Positions 28,636 through 39,113 are shown, counted from the first letter of the stretch. The stretch is 64,000 nt of DNA from an uncultured delta proteobacterium (GCA_963766715.1 CAVYBH010000001.1:128001-192000), one strand, 5' to 3'. Program-made: numbers and translations. The notes: generated from the letters alone by a model not told the origin.

Positions 28636-28965
28636 TCAGAGCCCCGAGGCCTTGCGGAGCAGGTCCCAGGTGAAGAGGCCCGTGTCGTGGCCGTCCGACC
28701 AGTGGATCTGGATGGCGTAGCTGCCCACCGGGTCGATCCGCTCGGCGCGGATGTCGAGGGGGATGGTGGAGGGGTCGAGGATCTTCTTCCCCGTCCCCTC
28801 CTCGATGCAGGCGGCGCAGGGGCACAGGTCGCGGAGCGTGAAGGCGGGGATGATGGCCACCCGGCCCGGCCAGGCGATCTCGAACTCGCCGCGCTCGTTC
28901 AGGTCGATGGCCTCCGGCGGAGCGGCGGGGGGCGGACGGACGGGGATGCGATCGAGGAGTCCCAT
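28636..28965 (-). CDS. DUF971 / gamma-butyrobetaine hydroxylase N-terminal-like protein
   Basis: [35 protein letters not shown]. Confidence 0.85.
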   Translation of the reverse strand: MGLLDRIPVRPPPAAPPEAIDLNERGEFEIAWPGRVAIIPAFTLRDLCPCAACIEEGTGKKILDPSTIPLDIRAERIDPVGSYAIQIHWSDGHDTGLFTWDLLRKASGL

Positions 28966-28997
28966 GCCCGGATAGATGCGGCGCGCGGGCCCCGGCG

Positions 28998-29738
28998 TCA
29001 AGGGGAGCGGGCGAGCGACACGAGCAGGTCGGAGCGATCCTCGAAGGGCGAGGTGCAGGGCGGCCCGTCGGCCGCGAAGAGCTCGGAGTGGCGGAGCGCC
29101 GGCGCGAGCCGGATCACCGCCGACGAGCGGGTGCCGTAGACGTCGCCGAGGTGGATGCAGATCCCCGGGGTCGACGGGAACGCGTCGTGCGACGAGAGCA
29201 GCTCGCGCAGCCGGCCCGGCGACGGGTCGACCGGCCAGCGGGCGCGCAGCGCCTCGCCGCGGGGATCGCGGCCGCGGGGGTCGCGCTCGGTGGCCACGTG
29301 CAGGCCGGGCCCCAGGTCCTCGATCTCCGTGACGTCGCCGTCGTACCACCACAGGAAGGCGGTCGCGCCGTCGGCGACGAGCAGGTGGAACGGGTTGTAG
29401 GCGGCCGCCTCGGTGCGGACGGCGTGCTCCCGGGCCGTGGCGGCCGAGGGCTGCCCGAGCATGCGGGTCACGAGCTCGCCGCGGGAACGCCGCGACGGAT
29501 CGGGGGGATGCCCCGGCGCGGCGTGGAAGTTGGTGATGCCGGCGAAGAGGCCGGAGGCGCCCACGCCAATCCAGGTGCCGCCGGCCAGCGCGTCGCGCGG
29601 GGCGGCGTGGCGCGGCGCGCCCGGCGGGGCCCGCAGGGCCCAGTCCTCGGAGGGACGGCCGAGCCGCTCGTCGCGATTGGCTGCGACGACGAGCGGCCAG
29701 CGCCGGTCGGCGTGGAAGGCGAGTGCGAGCGTGCACAC
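28998..29738 (-). CDS. NRDE / TANGO2 family protein
   Basis: MCT...[37 protein letters not shown]. Confidence 0.9.
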   Translation of the reverse strand: MCTLALAFHADRRWPLVVAANRDERLGRPSEDWALRAPPGAPRHAAPRDALAGGTWIGVGASGLFAGITNFHAAPGHPPDPSRRSRGELVTRMLGQPSAATAREHAVRTEAAAYNPFHLLVADGATAFLWWYDGDVTEIEDLGPGLHVATERDPRGRDPRGEALRARWPVDPSPGRLRELLSSHDAFPSTPGICIHLGDVYGTRSSAVIRLAPALRHSELFAADGPPCTSPFEDRSDLLVSLARSP

Positions 29739-29747
29739 GCCCGGGTT

Positions 29748-31546
29748 CTACTTCTTCCCGGCCGCCACCGCCCGCGCGTTCTTCACGGAGGCGAGGAGCA
29801 GCTGCCGCTCCAGCTCGAGCTGCACGGGAAGCGTCTTCCCGAGCTTGTCGAACCACGACTTGGCGTCCTCGAGCTCGTACTCCCACTCGCCGAGGTCGAT
29901 GCGGGTGGCCTGGGCCGAGCGCCTCCTGGGAGACGTCGAGACCGGTCATGTCGAGGTCGCCCTGGACCGGCGTCCAGCCCAGCACCGTCTCCTGCGCGTT
30001 GGTGCGGCCGTGGGCGCGGTCGAGGATCCACTTGAGGACCCGCATGTTGTCGCCGTAGCCCGGCCAGACGAACTTGCCGTCCGCGTTCTTGCGGAACCAG
30101 TTCACCATGAAGATCTTGGGCGGGTTGGGGATGCGGTCCTGCATGTCGAGCCAGTGCTGCAGGTAGCTCCCGGCGTCGTAGCCCATGAAGGGCAGCATGG
30201 CCATCGGGTCGCGGCGGACCACGCCCACCGCGCTGGTGGCGGCGGCGGTGGTCTCCGAGCCCATGGTGGCGCCCAGGTACACGCCGTGGGTCCAGTTGAA
30301 GGACTGGAGCACGAGCGGGACCGTGTTGGCGCGGCGCCCGCCGAAGATGATGGCGCTGATGGGCACGCCCCGCGGGTCGCTGGCGAACCGCGAGATGGCC
30401 GGGTTGTTGGCCATGGGAGCGGTGAACCGGCTGTTCGGGTGGGCCGCCTTGTCCGGGCTGCCCTTCTTCCAGACGTCGCCCTTCCAGTCGATGCAGGTGT
30501 CGGGGGCCGGATCGTCGTGCCCCTCCCACCAGACGTCGCCGCTCTCGGTGCGGGCCACGTTGGTGAAGAACGTGTCCTTGGTGATGCTCGCCATGGCGTT
30601 CTTGTTGGTCTTCGTGTTCGTGCCGGGGACCACGCCGAAGTAGCCGGCCTCGGGGTTCACGGCCCAGAGACGGCCGTCCGGACCGACCCGCATCCAGGCG
30701 ATGTCGTCGCCCACCGTGCGGATCTTCCAGCCCGTCGAACTCCTTGGGCGGGATCAGCATGGCGAAGTTGGTCTTTCCGCAGGCCGACGGGAACGCCGCG
30801 GCCACGTAGCTGATCTCGCCCTGCGGGCTCTCGGCCTCGAGGATGAGCATGTGCTCGGCGAGCCAGCCCTCCTTCTTCGCGAGGTAGGAGCCGATGCGGA
30901 GCGCCAGGCACTTCTTGCCGAGGAGCGCGTTGCCGCCGTAGCCCGAGCCCACCGACCAGATGGTGTTGTCCTGCGGGAAGTGGGTGATGAAGCGCTTCTC
31001 GGGGTCGCACTCGGCGACCGCGTGGAGCCCCTTGTTGAAGTCGTTCTTCTCGCCGAGCCGGTCGAGCGCCACCTTGCCCATGCGGGTCATGGTGCCCATG
31101 TTGAGCGCGACGTAGACCGAGTCGGTCAGCTCGAAGCCCACCTTGGCGAAGGGCGAGTCGGCGGGCCCCATCACGTAGGGCACCACGTACATCGTGCGCC
31201 CCTTCATGCAGCCGTCGAAGAGGCCGCGCATCTTCGCGTACATCTCGGCGGGGGCGACCCAGGCGTTGGTGGGGCCGGCCTCCTCCTTGGTGGGCGTGCA
31301 GATGATGGTGAGGTGCTCGACGCGGGCGACGTCGTTCTTGTTGGAGTGGTGGTAGTAGCAGCCCGGCCACTTCTTCTGGTCGAGCGGGATGAGGACCTTG
31401 TCGACGACGGCCTGGGCGATGAGCTCCTGGCGCTCGCGCTCCGAGCCGTCGAGCCAGAGGATCTTGGCTGGCTGGGTGAGCTTGGCCATCTCCTCCACCC
31501 AGGAGAGGACGTGGGGGTTCTTCGTGGGCGCGACGGTCGAGGACAT
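29748..31546 (-). CDS. pckG: Phosphoenolpyruvate carboxykinase (GTP); frameshifts near 30735 and 29915
   Basis: [94 protein letters not shown]. Confidence 0.94.
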
Positions 31547-31620
31547 GCTCGGACTCCCGTTGGGATTTGGGGAAGAAGGCTCGCGAGAGCCCTCTTTGAT
31601 AGCACAGCACTCCCCGGGGG

Positions 31621-33279
31621 TTAAGGCCCCGAAGAACCCTTCAGCTTGTCACGCAGGAGATCGCCCAGGGTGCCGAAACCCTTGCCGCTGGCCCGGGGGG
31701 CCTTGGCCATGTACTCCGTGGCCTCGCGCCGCTCGTCGGCAGCCTCCGCCTGGGTCCTGGAGAGCCGGATCCGGCCTCTTTCGTCGATCTCCGTGATGAG
31801 CACGGTGAGCTCCGCGCCGGCCGGGAAGGCCTTGCGCAGGTCTTGTCCACGGGGGGTTCCGGTCTCGGCCGCGGGAACCAGCCCGCGCCCGCCGGCGAAG
31901 CGGACGAAGACCCCGTAGGGCTCGACCCGGTCGACGGTGCCCTTCACGACGTCGCCGACCCGGGGAGCGGGAGGCGGTGCGTGCACGGGGCGGGGAGGGG
32001 CCGCGACCGGCTCGGGGCGGGGAACGAGCGCCTTCACGCTGAGGGAGATGCGGGTGCCCTTCTTGGCGTCCTCCTCGATCTTGAGGACCTGCACCTGGAC
32101 CTTGTCGCCCTGCCGGAGCAGGTCGCCGGGACGGGAGACCCGGTCCCAGGCCAGCTCGGACACGTGGACGAGCCCCTCGATGCCGCCGATGTCCACGAAC
32201 GCGCCGTAGTCCTGCACGCTCGTGACCGTGCCCTCGAAGGCCGCGCCCGGCTCGAGCCGCTCGCGGGTCTTGCGGGCCTGCTCGGCGCGCTCCTCCTCGA
32301 GGAGGGCGCGGCGGGAGAGGACGATGTCCCGCTCGTCGGCCTTCTGGACGCGGAAGCGGAGGCGCTGGCCCACCAGCGTGGCCGGGTCGCCGACGAAGCG
32401 GACGTCGATCTGGGACATGGGGCAGAAGGCGCGCTGCCCCATCACGTCGACCTCGATGCCGCCCTTGTTGGCGCCGCTCACGACGCCCTCGACGGGCAGG
32501 CCGGTCTGGGCGGCCTCCATCACGGCGCGCCGGTCGGAGTGGATCCGGGCCTTGCCGCGGCTGACCACGACGCCGCGCTCGCCGCCCTTCACCACCACGC
32601 CGTCGATGATGTCGCCGGGCGCGAACTCGAGCTTGCCGTCGTCGTCCTGCAGCTCGATGGTCTCGATCATCCCGTCGGCCAGGCCGGAGCCGAGCTCGAG
32701 GAAGGCCACGTCCTGGCCGATCTGGAGGATCTTGCCGGCCACCTTCTCGCCGGGCTGGAAGCGCCGGCGGGGCTTGGCCGCGGCGGCTGCGTCCGCGTAC
32801 ATGTCCGCGAAGGAGCCCTCCTCGACCGCCGGGGCGTCGGGAGCGGGAGGCGGCTCGCCGGGCGGGAGCGCCGGTCCGCTGGGCTCGCGCGGCTGCTCCT
32901 TGCGCATCTCGCGCCGCTCGCGCGGGCCGCCGTCGCGGCGAGGCGGTCCGCCGCGGGCGCCGGCACCACCGGGACCTCCGGCACCACTGGCGCCACCGGG
33001 ACCTCCCGGGCGCGGGCCGCGGGGAGGACGGCCGGGCTGCGCCGGCCTCGCCGGGGACGGAGCCGCGCCGGCCGCAGGAGCGCCGGACGCACCGGTCTTG
33101 GAATCGGCCAGCCGCTGCCAGAGCGGCCGGTGGTCCTCGACCGCAGGAGCGGCGGGACCGGTCTCGGCTCCGAGCTGCTCCACGACGGGGGTCTCGATCT
33201 TCACGCCCGGGGGCGGGGGCTTCACGTGCCCCTTGCGGACGACGACGGGGCCGGCTTCGCGCTTCTTCTCGTCAGACAT
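31621..33279 (-). CDS. S1 RNA-binding domain protein (four S1-like repeats, long low-complexity N-terminus)
   Basis: S1 repeats [81 protein letters not shown]-terminal [14 protein letters not shown] 33279. Confidence 0.88.
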   Translation of the reverse strand: MSDEKKREAGPVVVRKGHVKPPPPGVKIETPVVEQLGAETGPAAPAVEDHRPLWQRLADSKTGASGAPAAGAAPSPARPAQPGRPPRGPRPGGPGGASGAGGPGGAGARGGPPRRDGGPRERREMRKEQPREPSGPALPPGEPPPAPDAPAVEEGSFADMYADAAAAAKPRRRFQPGEKVAGKILQIGQDVAFLELGSGLADGMIETIELQDDDGKLEFAPGDIIDGVVVKGGERGVVVSRGKARIHSDRRAVMEAAQTGLPVEGVVSGANKGGIEVDVMGQRAFCPMSQIDVRFVGDPATLVGQRLRFRVQKADERDIVLSRRALLEEERAEQARKTRERLEPGAAFEGTVTSVQDYGAFVDIGGIEGLVHVSELAWDRVSRPGDLLRQGDKVQVQVLKIEEDAKKGTRISLSVKALVPRPEPVAAPPRPVHAPPPAPRVGDVVKGTVDRVEPYGVFVRFAGGRGLVPAAETGTPRGQDLRKAFPAGAELTVLITEIDERGRIRLSRTQAEAADERREATEYMAKAPRASGKGFGTLGDLLRDKLKGSSGP

Positions 33280-33318
33280 GGCGCGCGGGTTATAACACGC
33301 CGGTAAACAAGGGGAATC

Positions 33319-33669
33319 GTGACGAACGATCGAAGGACCCTGGTGTTCCTGTCCCACCCGGACGACGCGGCCCTGCGCATGGCGGGCTCCTGCGCGCTGG
33401 CGGCCGCGGCGATGGGGGATCGCGTCGACGTCTTCCTGCTCGGAGCGGCGGTCCGCGCGGTGGTGGAAGGCGCCGGCGAGCCGGACGAGCCGTCGCGGGC
33501 GCTCTTCCAGGCGCGCCAGGCCGGAACCTGCCGGATCTTCGCCTGCTCGCAGGGGCTCGTGGAATCCGGGCTCCCTCCAACGGCGGCCCAGGAGGTCCTC
33601 GACGCGGTGGTCGGCTGGCCCACCATCCTGGAGTGGTCGCGCGGGGTCAGCGACCGTTTTTTCTTCTGA
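33319..33669 (+). CDS. DsrE/DsrF-like small protein
   Basis: AAAMGDRVDVFLLGAAV, IFACSQGL, VVGWPT; size and pattern fit the DsrE family. Confidence 0.6.
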   Translation: MTNDRRTLVFLSHPDDAALRMAGSCALAAAAMGDRVDVFLLGAAVRAVVEGAGEPDEPSRALFQARQAGTCRIFACSQGLVESGLPPTAAQEVLDAVVGWPTILEWSRGVSDRFFF

Positions 33670-33692
33670 CCGGCCCGTGAGATGATTTCCCG

Positions 33693-34428
33693 GTGACCTT
33701 CGACGCGGCGCGACCCCTGCCCGTCCTCCTGCTCCCCGGGCTCGACGGGAGCGCCCGGCTCTTCCAGCGGTTCCAGGCGGTGGCCTCGGGCGCGCTCGAC
33801 TTCCGGACCCTCCCGTACCCCTCCGATCGGTTCCTCGACTACGGGGAGCTCGAGACTCTTCGTGCGCGGCCATCTCCCGCGGGGGCGCTTCGCCATCCTG
33901 GGCGAGTCGTTCGGCGGCCCGCTCGCGCTGCGCCTCGCCGCGACCGCGCCGCGCGGCCTCGTCGCCGTGGTGCTGGCCGCGACCTTCCACCGGCTCCCGG
34001 CGCGCCCCATCCTCGCGCGGGCCTCGCCGCTCGCGCCGGCGTTCTTCCGGCTGCCGCTGCCGCCGCACGTGGTCCGGCTGCTGCTCGCCGGGGGAGACGC
34101 GCCCCGCGAGCTGGTGGAGGAGGTCCGCTCCGCGGTGGCCGGGGTCCCGGCCCGCGTCATGGCGTCCCGCGCCCGCGCCGCGCTCTCCGTCGACGCCTCC
34201 GAGGCGCTCCGGTCCTGCCCGGTGCCGGTGCTCTTCCTGGGCGGCAAGAAGGACCGGCTGCTCCGGCGGCAGATCCCCGCCGAGATCCGCGCGCTCCGGC
34301 CCGCCGCGGAGATCCGCATGCTCGACACGCCGCACCTGGTGCTGCAGCGCCGGCCGGAGGAGTCGATGCGGATCGTCGAGGAGTTCCTGCTGCGGACCGC
34401 GGCCGCTTCGGCGCCGGTGGCCGCGTAG
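33693..34428 (+). CDS. Alpha/beta hydrolase; frameshift near 33857
   Basis: LLPGLDGS, GESFGG nucleophile elbow, GKKDRL, TPHLVLQ. Confidence 0.8.
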
Positions 34429-34447
34429 CCGAAGGACGGGCGGCCGG

Positions 34448-34483
34448 AAACGAGGAGGGCCGCCCCTCGCGGAGCGGCCCTCG
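34448..34483 (-). terminator. Hairpin/terminator after citrate synthase
   Basis: Minus strand GAGGGCCGCTCC-GCGA-GGGGCGGCCCTC followed by CTCGTTT. Confidence 0.55.
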
Positions 34484-34508
34484 GGTCACGTCACGATGCG
34501 GTGGAAGG

Positions 34509-35843
34509 CTACTCCTCGGCGCCCTTGCGGCCGCCGTCCTTGGCCCACTGCTCGAGCATGTCGGTGGTGACCGACTTGGGGCGCTCGATCGCGTAGCCGA
34601 GGCCGCGGTCCCAGGTGATGTTGGCGAGCACGCCCAGCGCGCGGCCGACGCCGAAGAGGACCGTGTAGAAGTCCCACTCGCGGACGCCGTAGTACCACTG
34701 GATGACGCCCGAGTGCGCGTCGACGTTCGGCCAGGGGTTCTTGGTCTTGCCGTGCTTGGTGAGGACGCCCGGCGCCACCTCGTAGATCATGTTCACGAGC
34801 TGGAAGATGGGGTCGTTGGGCAGGTGCTTCTTCGAGTACTCGTTCTGGGCGACGTAGCGCGGGTCGGTCTTGCGGAGCACGGCGTGGCCGTAGCCCGGGA
34901 TGACCTGGCCCGAGTTCAGGGTGTCCCAGAGGAACTTCTCGAGCTCCTCCTTGGTGGGCACCTTGTTGTTGAGCTTCTTCATCACGTTCATGATCCAGCC
35001 GAGCACTTCCTGGTTCGCCAGGCCGTGCAGCGGGCCGGCCAGGCCGTTCAGGCCGGCCGAGAACGAGTAGTACGCGTCGGACAGCGCCGAGGCCACGAGG
35101 TGCGTGGTGTGCGCCGAGACGTTCCCCGACTCGTGGTCCGAGTGGAGGATGAAGTACATGCGGGCCACCTCGTCGTACGGAGGCGCCACGCCCATCATGT
35201 GCGCGAAGTTCCCGCCCCAGTCGAGCTTCGGGTCGGCCTGGATGAAGGTGTCTCCCTTGTACTTCATCCGGTAGATGTACGCGGCGATGGCCGGCAGCTT
35301 CGCCAGCAGGTTCATCGAGTCCTCGAACATCGGGTCCCACATGTCGTTCTTCTTGAGCCCGCCCTCGCCGTACTTCTTGGCGAAGATCGAGTCACGCTGC
35401 ATCGACAGCACGGCCGTCGAGAGCATGGTCATGGGATGGGAGTCGCGCGGCAGCGCGCGCAGCACGTCGATCACGTACTGCGGGACCTGGGAGCGGGCCT
35501 TCCAGTCCTCCACGACCTCCTGCGTCTGGGCCATGGTGGGGATCTCGCCGGTCAGCAGGAACCAGAAGAACCCTTCGACGAACGGCTGCTCCTTGCCGGG
35601 GACCTTGGGCAGGGCCGCGAAGGTCTCGGGGATCGTCTTGCCGCGGAAGCGGATGCCCTCGATCGGATCGAGGTAGGAGATGTCGGTGACGAGGCTGCGG
35701 ACGTCGCGCGCACCGCCGATGCACTGGCCGATGTTCACCTTGTCGATGACGACGTTGCCAAACTCCTTGTTGAGCTTCGTGGTCCGGGGGCGGTGCGCCT
35801 CGATCTTCTCGAGGAGCTTCGCCTTGAGATTGCTCTGGGCCAT
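34509..35843 (-). CDS. gltA: Citrate (Si)-synthase, eukaryote-like type
   Basis: SYLDPIEGIRFRG, FLLTGEIPT, HPMTML, LHSDHESGNVSAH, NGLAGPLHGLANQEV, PGYGHAVLRKTDPRY, NPWPNVDAHSG, YTVLFGVGR, IERPKS; AGGAG RBS before ATG 35843. Confidence 0.95.
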   Translation of the reverse strand: MAQSNLKAKLLEKIEAHRPRTTKLNKEFGNVVIDKVNIGQCIGGARDVRSLVTDISYLDPIEGIRFRGKTIPETFAALPKVPGKEQPFVEGFFWFLLTGEIPTMAQTQEVVEDWKARSQVPQYVIDVLRALPRDSHPMTMLSTAVLSMQRDSIFAKKYGEGGLKKNDMWDPMFEDSMNLLAKLPAIAAYIYRMKYKGDTFIQADPKLDWGGNFAHMMGVAPPYDEVARMYFILHSDHESGNVSAHTTHLVASALSDAYYSFSAGLNGLAGPLHGLANQEVLGWIMNVMKKLNNKVPTKEELEKFLWDTLNSGQVIPGYGHAVLRKTDPRYVAQNEYSKKHLPNDPIFQLVNMIYEVAPGVLTKHGKTKNPWPNVDAHSGVIQWYYGVREWDFYTVLFGVGRALGVLANITWDRGLGYAIERPKSVTTDMLEQWAKDGGRKGAEE

Positions 35844-35968
35844 GTGGGAACTCCTACCGCTGAAAGGTGGACGGGATGCTGCGATCGGTTCGAAGAGTCG
35901 GCGAATGGTACCCGATCCATCCCATCGCACAACGCAGATCGTCATGGACGATCACGGTGGGTGGATGC

Positions 35969-35986
35969 CTTTGATGGCGGTCAAAG
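35969..35986. promoter_or_regulatory. FNR-like box upstream of gltA
   Basis: CTTTGAT-GGCG-GTCAAAG, one mismatch from TTGAT-N4-ATCAA; a second inverted repeat GATCGTC-ATG-GACGATC lies at 35937-35953. Confidence 0.45.
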
Positions 35987-36038
35987 CGACCATGAGAAAT
36001 GGTGTCGTGGAGTCGTCATCCCCGGACGGGTTGCCTCG

Positions 36039-36078
36039 AAAAAAAATGGGGCCGCCGCGCGATATCGCGGGCGACCCC
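36039..36078 (-). terminator. Intrinsic terminator after the Zn-finger gene
   Basis: Minus strand GGGGTCGCCCGCGATATCGCGCGGCGGCCCC followed by ATTTTTTTT. Confidence 0.7.
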
Positions 36079-36123
36079 GGCTCTCTCGAGCACACGGCAA
36101 TCCCCGGGTGACCCGGGGAAAAG

Positions 36124-36561
36124 CTACTTTCGCCAGCCCGCGGCCAGCGCGGCCGCGATCTGCTGGGACATCAACCCGGCGTCGATCGGCCGCTGGGGAG
36201 CGACCGGCGCGGCCTCGGCGACCGATTCGGAAGTCGACGCGACGTCGACGTCGGCCACGCTCTCCTCCTGCTCGCGGCGGCGCGGCTTGTCGGCCCCGGC
36301 GCCGGACCGGCACCCGCGGCACCAGGGCTGGTTGCGGATGGAGCCATCGGCCATGCGGCGCAGGCCGAACATGGCGAGCGGGCGCATCTGGTGGCACTTG
36401 AGGCACATGAGGGTGATGAGGACCTCGTGCCCGTCGGCGTCGTAGACGGCCGACTTGCGGCGCCGGGGCTTCGGCGGCGCCAGGGGATCCCGGAGCTTGC
36501 GCGCCGGGGGAGCTTCGAGGCTCGCGGTGATCGCGGGAGCAACCATGACCTTCACTGCCAT
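36124..36561 (-). CDS. Small basic protein with putative C4 zinc finger
   Basis: AGGAGG RBS; MAVKVMVAP...KPRRRKSAVYDADGHEVLITLMCLKC...RNQPWCRGCRS. Confidence 0.75.
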   Translation of the reverse strand: MAVKVMVAPAITASLEAPPARKLRDPLAPPKPRRRKSAVYDADGHEVLITLMCLKCHQMRPLAMFGLRRMADGSIRNQPWCRGCRSGAGADKPRRREQEESVADVDVASTSESVAEAAPVAPQRPIDAGLMSQQIAAALAAGWRK

Positions 36562-36719
36562 GTCGACCGACCTCCTGAAGGGAATGCCCGGCGGCGCTCG
36601 TGGAGCCGACACCGGCAGCCTGCATCGTGGATCAGGGGTCTGACAGTCGGAGAGGCCCCGGCAGGCGCGGCTGCCCGCACCTTGACGCGGACACCCCGAA
36701 GCGCCCAGGCTGTTCCCCC

Positions 36720-36950
36720 ATGGCTTCGAAGAAGCGCACCACCGTCCATCTCGACGCGCGCCTGCACCGCGCGCTCCAGCTGAAGGCGAAGGCGAACGAC
36801 TGCACCATCTCGGAGATGGTCGCCGACGCCCTGCGCCAGGTCCTCGCCGACGAAGCCCACGACATCGAGAAGGCCCGGCCCCCGGAGCCCGATCGGAAGA
36901 TGACGCTGGCCGCGGTCGGCGCCCGCCTGAAGCGGCGGCCGAAGGGCTGA
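36720..36950 (+). CDS. CopG/ribbon-helix-helix family DNA-binding protein (antitoxin-like)
   Basis: MASKKRTTVHLDARLHRALQLKAKANDCTISEMVADALRQVLADE matches the RHH strand-helix-helix pattern. Confidence 0.75.
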   Translation: MASKKRTTVHLDARLHRALQLKAKANDCTISEMVADALRQVLADEAHDIEKARPPEPDRKMTLAAVGARLKRRPKG

Positions 36951-36956
36951 TCCCCG

Positions 36957-38716
36957 CTACCCGCGGAGGAGCTGCCGCTCCACCAGCCTCGCGTACGCGC
37001 CCCCGCGCGCCATGAGCTCGGCGTGCGTGCCGGTCTCGACCACCTGGCCGCCGTCGATCACCACCACCCGGTCGGCGCCGATGACGGTGGAGAGGCGGTG
37101 GGCGATCACCACCGAGGTCCGCCCCCGCATGAGCTTGGTGAGCGCGTCCTGCACGAGCGCCTCCGACTCGGCGTCGAGCGCGCTCGTGGCCTCGTCGAGG
37201 AGCAGGATGCGGGGATCCTTGAGGAGCGCGCGCGCGATGGCGATGCGCTGCTTCTGCCCGCCGGAGAGCTGCTGGCCCCGCTCGCCCACCCGCGTGGCCA
37301 GCCCGTCGGGGAAGGCCGTCACGAAGCTCTCGGCGTTGGCGGCCCGCAGCGCGTCGCGGACCTCGGCGTCGGTGGCCCCGGGTGCGCCCGTAGCGGACGT
37401 TGTCGGCGATGGTGGTGGAGAAGAGCACCGGCTCCTGCGACACCACGCCCACCAGCCGGCGCAGCCAGGCCGGGTCGAGCTCGCGGACGTCCACGCCGTC
37501 GAGCGTGAGCCGCCCGGCGGTCGGGTCGTAGAGGCGCGACAGCATGGCGCCCATCGTCGACTTGCCGCCGCCGGAGGGGCCGACGAGCGCCACCACCTGT
37601 CCGGGCTCGGCCGCGAGGTCGATCCCCTGCAGCACCTCGACGTCCGGGCGGGTGGGGTAGCGGAAGTGGACCCCCTCGAAGGCCACCCGGCCGGCGACGC
37701 GGTCCAGGCGGCGTCCCCCCGACACCGGCATCTCGGGCTGTCGCGCGGTGAGCTCGAAGACCCGCTCGGCGGCGCCGAGCCCCTTCATCGCCTCGGCCCA
37801 GATGTCGGCCAGCGTGCCCAGCCCCATGGCGATGAGGAGCGTGTAGACGAGGAAGGCGGTGAGGGCGCCGGCGGTGAGCTCGCCCGCGGCCACCAGCGAG
37901 CCGCCGTATCCGAGCACGAGCGCGATGGCGGCGTAGATGCCGGTCGCGGCGGACCCCATGAAGATCGACGCGGCCTTGGCGCGCGTCCGCGCCAGCTGGA
38001 AGCTCGACTCGATGGCGCCCGCGTACCGGGCCTGCTCGGCGGGCTCGGCGGCGAACGACCGGACGGTGCGGATGGCCGAGAGCGACTCCTCCGCGGCGTG
38101 GCCGGCGTCGGCCAGCGCGTCCTGGTACCGCTTCGAGAGGGCGCGCACCTTCCGGCCGTAGAAGACCGCGCCGATGGCCACCGCCGGGACGACGAGCAGC
38201 ATGACGCCGGTGAGCTTCGCCGACGTGATGACGAGCAGCACGAGCCCGCCCACGACCTGGACCGCGTTGCGGAGCGCCATCGACAGCTGGGAGGAGAGCA
38301 GCCCCTGCAGGGAGGCCGTGTCGGACGCCAGTCGCGAGGTGAGGTCGCCGGTGCGCTGGCCGTCGAAGAAGGCCACCTCCTGCACCACGAGCGAGTCGAA
38401 GAGCTGCTCCCGGACCCGCTTCACGCCCCGTTCACCGGCCAGGCCGAAGAGGTAGGCGCGGCCGCCCACGGCGAGCCCCTGCACCACGGCGAGCGTGGCC
38501 ATGAGGATCGCGGCGAAGCGGATCCGCCCCACGTCGCGGTTGGAGAGCGCGCCATCGACGATGATGCGGATGCCCTGGGGATAGGCGAGCGCCGCCGCCG
38601 AGCCGAGCAGGAGGAGCGCGGTGGCGCCGGCGAGCGCCTTCCACTCCCTCCGCAGCAGGGGCAGGAGGTGGCGGACGGCGGAGAGGCGGGAGGGGGAGGG
38701 ATGTGGAAGTGGACAC
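36957..38716 (-). CDS. ABC exporter, fused TMD+NBD (MsbA/ABCB-like); frameshifts near 37384 and probably near 38695
   Basis: [30 protein letters not shown] (Walker A), [40 protein letters not shown]. Confidence 0.88.
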
Positions 38717-38750
38717 CGGCCCTGGAAGCTAACCCGTGGCCGGGGGCGTC

Positions 38751-38774
38751 GCCAGTTCAACCGGTTGAACTGGC
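38751..38774. promoter_or_regulatory. Perfect 24-bp palindrome upstream of the ABC exporter
   Basis: GCCAGTTCAACCGGTTGAACTGGC equals its own reverse complement; intergenic. Confidence 0.55.
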
Positions 38775-38807
38775 CTGCGACCCACCCCGTTCGAGGCGGC
38801 GCCTCGA

Positions 38808-39113
38808 TCAGACGATTCTGAATCCCTTGAGGATTCGGATCGCCCCGGCCAGCACCGCAGCGGTGGCCGCGGTCACGCCCGGCTTCGCCTGGGCGCGGGT
38901 CCACGCGAAGCCGGCGGCGAGCAGCACCGCGAAGCTGAGCACGATCGGCAGCGGGAAGTTCCCCGACCGCACCTGGACGAGGTGGAAGAGGATTCCCGCC
39001 TGGAGCGCGGCAGCGAGCGCGGCCGCGAAGGCCGGCAGGCGCGCGCCGGCGTCGAAGAGCAGGACGAGCGACGCAGCCAGGGCGGCCACCGAGAGGATGT
39101 CGAACAGGCTCAT
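38808..39113 (-). CDS. Small hydrophobic membrane protein
   Basis: 101 aa with about four hydrophobic segments; fills the gap between acnA and the ABC exporter. Confidence 0.6.
   Translation of the reverse strand: MSLFDILSVAALAASLVLLFDAGARLPAFAAALAAALQAGILFHLVQVRSGNFPLPIVLSFAVLLAAGFAWTRAQAKPGVTAATAAVLAGAIRILKGFRIV

Noticed and set aside
28636..30714. Apparent PEPCK-DUF971 fusion
   Set aside because: Frameshift read-through across the NRDE gene; each gene has its own start and stop.
32940..33070. Repeat-like DNA inside the S1 gene
   Set aside because: Imperfect codon-level repeats encoding a Gly/Pro/Ala linker; no constant repeat-spacer structure.
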